A stretch of 64,000 nucleotides of DNA from an uncultured Bacteroidaceae bacterium (lineage in GTDB: Bacteria > Bacteroidota > Bacteroidia > Bacteroidales > P3): positions 43,802-107,801 of the forward strand of contig CAYTZG010000003.1 of NCBI GenBank assembly GCA_964442435.1, read 5' to 3'. The stretch's first letter is position 1. Each line of letters starts with the position of its first letter. A program made the position numbers and the translations under genes. A model generated the notes under the pieces. That model had not been told where the DNA came from. It did no database searches and was given only the letters and a program-made list of their open reading frames with translations. Shown here piece by piece: positions 58,144-64,000 of the stretch.

Positions 58144-59727
58144 TTTGACTTCCAACGCCTCCGGGTAGATGAGCTCGCCGTCGGCGGCTTTGGTGGTCTT
58201 GAAGGCATCGTAAGGCGCGGGGCCGTTGCTGAATACCGGCACGTTATACGATTTGAGGAACGTCAGGTAAAGGTCCGGGTCTTTCTGCGGCAACATAAAC
58301 GGTTTGGACGCGCGTCCGTGGTCGTCCAACAGGCAGAAATACGGCCTTGAATACATGCCGTCGTCGCGTTTGGACGAGAACATCAACCAGCGGCCGCCGC
58401 CGGGGCTGAACTCGTGATAACTCTCCGTCTTGTCGCTGTTCACCCCATTCAGTAAACGGTAAACCCGCGCGTCTTCGGCCGTGTCGGCTTCGGTGGCGCG
58501 GCGGTAAGCCCCCGTGCCGGCCGCCGTCAAATCCAACACATAGAGGTCGCTTTCCGGGTGGCGGATGGGGAACGTGCCGTGGTCGCTCAGGCAGAACACC
58601 AAAAAGCGGCCGTCGGGCGAAACGCGCGGAAACGACACCGTGCCGCCGCTTTCGGCGGCATCCACCAGCGTATCCATGCGCCCGAACGCGCCCGTTTCGG
58701 CGTCGAAGGCAATCGAAACCAGGCTGTATTTGATTTTTTGGGAGTAATCGACCGGGTCTTCATCCGCGCTGTCCTTGGGCGGCGTCAGACTTTGGCAGAA
58801 ATAGAGCGTGCGGCCGTCGGGCGAAAAATACGGAAACGTCTCCTCCTTTTCTTCGGTGCAGATGCGGCTGTCGCTGAAAATACGGTTGCGGTGAATGTCA
58901 TATACCATAAGGTCGCCCAACGAATCATACACTTCAGTGCGTCGCACGATGTTTTTCGAGTGCACGAACGGAAAGGCCGATGCCGTGCCGAACGCGATAT
59001 AGCGTTTGTTAGGATGCCAGGCCGGATAAACGCCGCCCTGCGGAAAGCGGTTCGATTTCAAGTCCACGCGCCGCAGTTTGCCGTCCACGGCAATGAAAGT
59101 CCCCGTGCGGTTGAAACGGACGTGGTAAACGCTGTAGTTCGGGTCGCCCCAGGCCGCCGTATGGCAGTTCACGCAGGCCATCTCGTTCATATTGTTGTCG
59201 TAGAGGTTGCGCGTGTGGAAGTTCTCCAAACAACGTTCCTCTATCGTCAAAAAGCCGCAGAGTTGGTAACTCGGTTCAATAAGGCGGTAGGTCAGGTAAG
59301 GGCTTATGGCCGAGGTGTCGATATAGAGCGGAAACGGTGCATAATCGCGCCAGCCCCCGTCTTGTTTCAGGCTCAGCGCAAACCAAAGCGTGTCGCCTTG
59401 CGCCTGTTGCAGCCAGCGTTGCCAGCGGCGCAGCGGCAGTTGCACAAGGTTTTTGCCGTGCTGTTTGTAAAGCGTTTGGCCGTTGGCGCCGTCCGTGCCG
59501 CCGCCTTGCCGCACTTCCAAACGGTAGCGCGTGCCGGGCGTCAGGATGCGGAAATTGCAGGGCGCCATGTTGTGCGGCAGGCGGCAGCCCGCATAGTCGG
59601 GATAAATTTGCAGACGGTCGGGGTCGGTCGAAACCGCTATGGAACCGATATCAGACCGGCAGGCTGTCGTGGCGAGGCATAGCCCGCAGGCCACGGAAAT
59701 CAAATAGAAAAATTTATGAAATCGCAT
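58141..59727 (-). CDS. Lipoprotein with TolB/PD40-like beta-propeller repeats
   Basis: 528 aa. Lipobox LATTAC and repeated F/VSPDGR.L.F motifs (YFSPDGRTLYF, RVSPDGRFLVF, FSPGGRWLMFSS). Confidence 0.55.
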   Translation of the reverse strand: MRFHKFFYLISVACGLCLATTACRSDIGSIAVSTDPDRLQIYPDYAGCRLPHNMAPCNFRILTPGTRYRLEVRQGGGTDGANGQTLYKQHGKNLVQLPLRRWQRWLQQAQGDTLWFALSLKQDGGWRDYAPFPLYIDTSAISPYLTYRLIEPSYQLCGFLTIEERCLENFHTRNLYDNNMNEMACVNCHTAAWGDPNYSVYHVRFNRTGTFIAVDGKLRRVDLKSNRFPQGGVYPAWHPNKRYIAFGTASAFPFVHSKNIVRRTEVYDSLGDLMVYDIHRNRIFSDSRICTEEKEETFPYFSPDGRTLYFCQSLTPPKDSADEDPVDYSQKIKYSLVSIAFDAETGAFGRMDTLVDAAESGGTVSFPRVSPDGRFLVFCLSDHGTFPIRHPESDLYVLDLTAAGTGAYRRATEADTAEDARVYRLLNGVNSDKTESYHEFSPGGGRWLMFSSKRDDGMYSRPYFCLLDDHGRASKPFMLPQKDPDLYLTFLKSYNVPVFSNGPAPYDAFKTTKAADGELIYPEALEVK

Positions 59728-59739
59728 GATGGTTCGTTT

Positions 59740-61725
59740 TTAAAGGGCACCGCTTTGTCCGTGTGTCGGTTCGATTGTGGTTTTAAAATCGTTGAATGTG
59801 GCGTGATACCAATACGTATCCTCAAATCCTTTTTTCAATTTCCGGAATGAGGTATAACCGTTTTGATAAAGGCCGTAAGTTTGCAGGAAGGCGGCATAGC
59901 GCGCTTTGATATCGGGGTTGATATCGTCCGGCACCTCGTCCAGGCGCTCGATGGGGAAACAGGCCAATACGGCTTCCTGTATATGCGTGGGAAGGGTTTT
60001 GTAATATTGGCGGATTTTAGGCAGTTCCGTCAATATTTGGTTGTGGTTTTTGTAGACCATCCAAAGCGCGAGCGCGTATTCATATACGGCGGCGTTGTCG
60101 CCCTCGGAAAGCAGGCGGAAATGGGTATTGTCGTCCGGATGATAACCCAAAACCGTATGGTTGTGCGTTGAAAGCCGCGTGCGTGCGGCCGCTATTTCGG
60201 GCTTTGAGGCCGTTTGAACCGTGTCGGATATATAGGCCGTATAACGGCGGGCGATATCTTTGTGAAACAGGCTTTGTTCAAAGAAGCGGATGAATTTGCG
60301 GCAGGGCACGTAGTCGCCCACCACCACGCTGTTCCAAAGCAAAGGCGTCAATACGGCCGTGCTGACGCGGTGCAGGGTTATAAAATCGTAGAGCAGATGC
60401 AAGGCTTCGGCATACAAACCGTTCTGCGTATAATAAAGCGCCATGACATAAGAGCAAGGCACGTGCAGGATTTCTTCCGAAAGCAACAGCGGAAAATAAT
60501 AGGAACCGTTGTAGGCAAACAGTTTTTCGGTGGCTTGTTTGCTGGCCAACAGGCTTATTTTAAGCATATCGGCCATGTAGCCTTCTTCAAACTCCGTTTG
60601 AAAGGGCAAAGGCGTTATGCCGAGTTTCCCGGACAAAGTGCGTGCGCGTTGGCGTTGGCCGCGTAGGAAAAACGCGCGGGAATCGCCGGCACTTTCCGGC
60701 CGCGCGTGTCTGAAAAACGCAAGTTCGGCGGCATCGGCGGCTTCGGCCCAGCGGTTTTCGCCGGCCAAGCGGTCCACCAAAAAGAATTCCTCCGTTTGGT
60801 AACGCAGGTTAATCCAACCGGCCGTTATCAGCAATCCGGCGATAAGGAGTCCGGTCAAGCCCCGCGCCCATGTCTTTTTGCGGATAGAAAGCCGTGCGGC
60901 GAACGGCAATCCCATGGCGATGCCGATGGTGGCATAGCCCCATACGAGCATCAAGGTCGGGCAAAAGAAAAATATGGAGGGGAACTCTTGAATGATATAA
61001 AAGTTACCATTCAAAATGGGCCATTTCCACAAGAATTGGGCATAATAAAACGGATATCCTATGCCAATAATCAAGCCGATACCGATGGCGGCACCCGCTA
61101 TGCCGGCCGCCAGGCCGTAGAGACCGTTTCGCCAGGAACGTGTCCGCAATCCGCCTATGATGCTCCAGAACGCGATGCCCCAAACGATGTTTTCCTGTAT
61201 GAGCAAACCGCCCGCTATGCCGCAAGCTGCCATAAGACCCAAACGCCCGTAGGTCGGTAGCCGGTGCAGGTTGATCAACAGCCCGCCGCCCAGTAGCAAA
61301 AGCCAGATTAAAATCCAAAGCAGATTGAAATAGGGAATCAGCGGCAGCATGAAAGCCGCCCACACGGCCCCTGTCCAATACCGGCCGGTCAGTCGGTGCC
61401 AGGCGCCCATGCCCAAAACGAGCAAACCGCCTATTACCGCCGCCCCCAAGAGCGGGTAAAGGTAAAATTGCGTAAAGAACGCCTGCAGATGCAACAAAAC
61501 CGGATAGGCGTTGGACGAAAAATAAGTCCAATAGTCGGCCGAGAAGCGAAACAACTGGTGTCGCTCCCAACCCATCATGCTTTCCGGCAGGGCGAGCCGC
61601 AGCCAAAGTGTGAACAACAGCCAAAAACCGCCGTACCAAAGCGCGTTGCGGAGCATTTTTTGCCGCTTATTCGGGGTGTTGGATAAATCCGAAGTCATCA
61701 TACTTATTATAATATAGTAGTGCAA
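59740..61725 (-). CDS. Large polytopic membrane protein of unknown function (possibly DUF6057-like)
   Basis: 661 aa. About 10 TM segments in the N-terminal half and a soluble helical C-terminal half. The family assignment is from memory only. Confidence 0.45.
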   Translation of the reverse strand: MHYYIIISMMTSDLSNTPNKRQKMLRNALWYGGFWLLFTLWLRLALPESMMGWERHQLFRFSADYWTYFSSNAYPVLLHLQAFFTQFYLYPLLGAAVIGGLLVLGMGAWHRLTGRYWTGAVWAAFMLPLIPYFNLLWILIWLLLLGGGLLINLHRLPTYGRLGLMAACGIAGGLLIQENIVWGIAFWSIIGGLRTRSWRNGLYGLAAGIAGAAIGIGLIIGIGYPFYYAQFLWKWPILNGNFYIIQEFPSIFFFCPTLMLVWGYATIGIAMGLPFAARLSIRKKTWARGLTGLLIAGLLITAGWINLRYQTEEFFLVDRLAGENRWAEAADAAELAFFRHARPESAGDSRAFFLRGQRQRARTLSGKLGITPLPFQTEFEEGYMADMLKISLLASKQATEKLFAYNGSYYFPLLLSEEILHVPCSYVMALYYTQNGLYAEALHLLYDFITLHRVSTAVLTPLLWNSVVVGDYVPCRKFIRFFEQSLFHKDIARRYTAYISDTVQTASKPEIAAARTRLSTHNHTVLGYHPDDNTHFRLLSEGDNAAVYEYALALWMVYKNHNQILTELPKIRQYYKTLPTHIQEAVLACFPIERLDEVPDDINPDIKARYAAFLQTYGLYQNGYTSFRKLKKGFEDTYWYHATFNDFKTTIEPTHGQSGAL

Positions 61726-61743
61726 AGATAGCGAAAATACCGC

Positions 61744-63033
61744 TTAATCCCGTAGGCAGCCCAAAGGTACGACCTTTACGCCGTCGGGGCGTGTGTAGGC
61801 CATTTCGCCGCCGGTCAAAACCATCAATAGGTCGGGTAAGCGTAGAGGGGTCTGTTTTTCTTTGGCATTGCGTTGTTGAACCAAGTTTTTCAGTTCCAAA
61901 AGATGCCGGGCGCCCTCTTCAATGTCTTGACTTCCCAATTTGCATTCTATCAAGGCATAACGTCCATCGTTCAGGTGCAATACCGCGTCGGCTTCCAAAC
62001 CGTAACGGTCGTGGTAATACGAAATGGCGCCGCCCAAGGCTTGCGAATAGACTTTCAAGTCGCGGATGCACATACATTCGAAAATAAAGCCGAACGTTTT
62101 GAGATCCAATTCCAAATTTTCCGGCGATAACCCCAAGGCGGCCACGGCCATGGAAGGGTCTGTAAAGCAGCGCTTTTTACCGGAGCGAATCGTGGTGGCC
62201 GAGCGGATGGCCGGGTTCCAGGCGTCCAAGTCCTCGATTACAAAGAGCTGTTCAAAGGCCTTGACGTAATTGTCGAAGGTAACGATGGTGGTGCTTTCCA
62301 TACTGCCAGTCACGTCGGCCAACATGGCGGTCTTTTTGGCCAAGGTGCAGAGGTTGCGGGCATACGACCGCAAAATGAGGCTCGCCAAAGCGGGGTTGCG
62401 TTGGGTGTTGTCTATATTCGAAATATCCTCTTGGCAAACGGCTTTGATGTAATCAGACGCTATTAACAATTTGGCTTTCCTACTCAAATTGTCTAAAGCC
62501 GCCGGCCAACCGCCGCGGCAGGCGGTAAAAATGAGCTGTTCGATGGAGAGGTTTGAATGTAGGCCGTCTATGTCGGCATCCGGGTTGTCGAATAACTGTC
62601 GGAGTGAGATTTCTCCGTTCGACTCCTGCGATTCGAAAAGGCTCATCGGATACATGGCCATTTGGGAAATACGGCCGGTGCCGGTATGCATAATCTCTTG
62701 GTCGTCTATGACGGTGGAACCGGTCAGGATGAATTGTCCTTTCAGTTGTCTTTCATCTACGGCATGGCGCACGGCATCCCACAATACGGGCGCTACCTGC
62801 CATTCGTCTATCAGGCGCGGAGTGTCGCCTTTGAGCAGGAGCGAGGGTTTGGTGTTGGCGGTGGATAGATAGTTGGCGCGCGTATCGGGATTCTGCATAC
62901 GGATAATGCTTTGCGCCTGTTGTTCGGCCGTGGTGGTTTTGCCGCACCATTTAGGGCCTTTTATCTGTACGGCACCGAAGGCCTCCAACCTTAGTTTCAG
63001 TTGGTCATCGGCAATTCTTTTCAGATATTCCAT
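61744..63033 (-). CDS. Orphan AAA+ ATPase (AAA_14 + DUF4143-like)
   Basis: MEYLKRIADDQLKLRLEAFGAVQIKGPKWCGKTTTA (Walker A), LIDEWQ (Walker B), and a C-terminus with E.D....D....LIECK, a PD-(D/E)xK-like DUF4143 motif. The ATG at 63033 is preferred over the TTG at 63045. Minus-strand TACATTTG box at 63053-63060. Confidence 0.75.
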   Translation of the reverse strand: MEYLKRIADDQLKLRLEAFGAVQIKGPKWCGKTTTAEQQAQSIIRMQNPDTRANYLSTANTKPSLLLKGDTPRLIDEWQVAPVLWDAVRHAVDERQLKGQFILTGSTVIDDQEIMHTGTGRISQMAMYPMSLFESQESNGEISLRQLFDNPDADIDGLHSNLSIEQLIFTACRGGWPAALDNLSRKAKLLIASDYIKAVCQEDISNIDNTQRNPALASLILRSYARNLCTLAKKTAMLADVTGSMESTTIVTFDNYVKAFEQLFVIEDLDAWNPAIRSATTIRSGKKRCFTDPSMAVAALGLSPENLELDLKTFGFIFECMCIRDLKVYSQALGGAISYYHDRYGLEADAVLHLNDGRYALIECKLGSQDIEEGARHLLELKNLVQQRNAKEKQTPLRLPDLLMVLTGGEMAYTRPDGVKVVPLGCLRD

Positions 63034-63086
63034 CTTTTTTGTCAATTTGCTGCAAATGTAGGTAATAAATATGAGATTTAAAAGTT

Positions 63087-63178
63087 GCTTTGTGTTTTTG
63101 AGGCATTTCGCTTTGTGTTTTTGAGGTATTCCATTATATGTTTTTGAGGTATTTCGCTTTGTGTTTTTGAGGTCAATG
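63087..63178. repeat. Four tandem 23-bp repeats (GCTTTGTGTTTTTGAGGnATTTC)
   Basis: Copies start at 63087, 63110, 63133 (diverged: attatatgtttttgagg) and 63156. They lie upstream of the promoter of the 61744-63033 ATPase gene. Confidence 0.8.
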
Positions 63179-63258
63179 CGAAACTTTTTATTAACAAATG
63201 TTAGGAGCGGTCGTTAACGGCTTGTTAGTAATAATTTGCATTTTTTTTTGAATATGCT

Positions 63259-63266
63259 TAAATTTG
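63259..63266 (+). promoter_or_regulatory. Bacteroidota -7 box (TAAATTTG) upstream of the last gene
   Basis: Exact TAnnTTTG about 100 nt upstream of the ATG at 63366. Confidence 0.35.
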
Positions 63267-63365
63267 TCGGTTGAAAAGTAATGTGCACAAAAGGCTTTAG
63301 TTGTAAACAGCTGACAGTCACGTAACTAACAAATACTAACATAAAAAATATTAACAACAACAGAT

Positions 63366-64000
63366 ATGAAAGCAAGTAAATGGATGCGCTGTCTGACGTT
63401 AACGTTAGTAGCGGTTTTGCTTTGTCCGTTTGGTCTGATGGCCAACAATATCCGTATCATCGGTACGCCGGAAGTCAAGAAGAAATCCGACGGCAAGACG
63501 GCGGCCATCAATTTCACGTTGGCCTGGGACAACAGTTGGAAGTCTTCCAAGCCCGTCAACTGGGATGCGGCCTGGATTTACGTCAAATGCTGGGATGGCA
63601 ACGAGTGGAACCATGTCTATCTCGAAGGCGATGGGAAACATACGGCCGGCAATTCGGATTTGCCGAACTACCGCGTTACCAACCGCGACGGCAGCGGCCG
63701 TAAGATGCCGATGACGATTGAATGCGGCAAGTCGCTCGTTTACAAGAAATGGCATGTCAATCCGGAAGAAGAAGCCGTTGTGGGCACGGTGGGGGTTTTC
63801 CTGTACCGCAAAGACAGCCTCGGTGCCGGTGACGTCGTTGTTCCGGGCATCTCGTTGTTGTGGAACTATGCCGACCAGGGTTTTGTGGAAGACGACGACC
63901 TCGTGGTCAAGGTGTTTGCCGTAGAGATGGTCTATGTGCCGGGAGGCGCCTATTATTTGGGTGGCAAGGGAAATGCCGCTTGGCAGGTGGCTTCGTTCAC
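63366..64000 (+). CDS. Secreted protein, 5' partial view (continues beyond the window); start of a SUMF1/FGE-like domain near the end
   Basis: I translated this frame by hand and it stays open from the ATG at 63366 to the window end. Signal peptide MKASKWMRCLTLTLVAVLLCPFGLMA. The final residues ..EMVYVPGGAYYLGG resemble the start of formylglycine-generating-enzyme-like domains. It is not in the ORF track because it has no stop in the window. Confidence 0.6.
   Translation, partial: MKASKWMRCLTLTLVAVLLCPFGLMANNIRIIGTPEVKKKSDGKTAAINFTLAWDNSWKSSKPVNWDAAWIYVKCWDGNEWNHVYLEGDGKHTAGNSDLPNYRVTNRDGSGRKMPMTIECGKSLVYKKWHVNPEEEAVVGTVGVFLYRKDSLGAGDVVVPGISLLWNYADQGFVEDDDLVVKVFAVEMVYVPGGAYYLGGKGNAAWQVASF

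Noticed and set aside
59161-59175. CVNCH (CxxCH) motif in the PD40 lipoprotein as a c-type haem-binding site
   Set aside because: It is a single short motif that occurs by chance at appreciable frequency. There are no other cytochrome features and no haem-maturation context in the window.
63366-64000. FGE/C-type-lectin-like domain start as a diversity-generating retroelement target
   Set aside because: There is no reverse transcriptase and no template/variable repeat pair in the window. The nearby 23-bp repeats are intergenic and unrelated to the coding sequence.

Overview
This 64-kb chromosomal window comes from a GC-rich member of the Bacteroidota, probably Bacteroidales. That call rests on recurrent TAnnTTTG -7 promoter boxes, the absence of Shine-Dalgarno sites, T9SS C-terminal sorting tails, and DUF3078/DUF4465/DUF3791-type genes. 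All homology calls come from reading the translations and from memory of protein families; no database search or GC calculation was run. The backbone is housekeeping: YidE/YbjL-type transporter, TrmN6-like methyltransferase, tRNA-His, NhaP2 antiporter, rdgB, pepD, miaA, Ppx/GppA, DAHP synthase-chorismate mutase, der, initiator tRNA-Met, a MATE pump, hslR, thiL, pckA, YitT, CorC/CNNM, MFS, an Omp85 protein, asnS, pyrG, rpoD, panD and a UvrD-like helicase. Several visibly AT-rich accessory insertions interrupt it. They are a decayed YoeB-type TA module with a paralogous orphan, three orphan AAA ATPase genes each with short tandem repeats near its promoter, tandem DUF3791 genes, an AlbA_2/Schlafen-type gene, and an MNT-HEPN pair. 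The main finding is a ~4-kb island (about 40760-44700) carrying a tightly packed three-gene operon. Its genes are a PD-(D/E)xK nuclease-like protein (sce7726-like), a Beta_protein/sce7725-like protein, and a zinc-ribbon + RES-domain effector. I propose it as an uncharacterised abortive-infection-type defence system. Other findings worth a second look:
- a cloverleaf-like GC-rich palindrome at the island edge
- a CTP synthase with a ~210-aa AT-hook tail
- a single-gene insertion that duplicated the 3' end of hslR
- a cobalamin riboswitch driving an orphan DUF4465 lipoprotein
- a T9SS LRR protein built from near-identical 63-bp and 27-bp repeats
Many long antisense ORFs in the track are GC-driven artefacts and were rejected.
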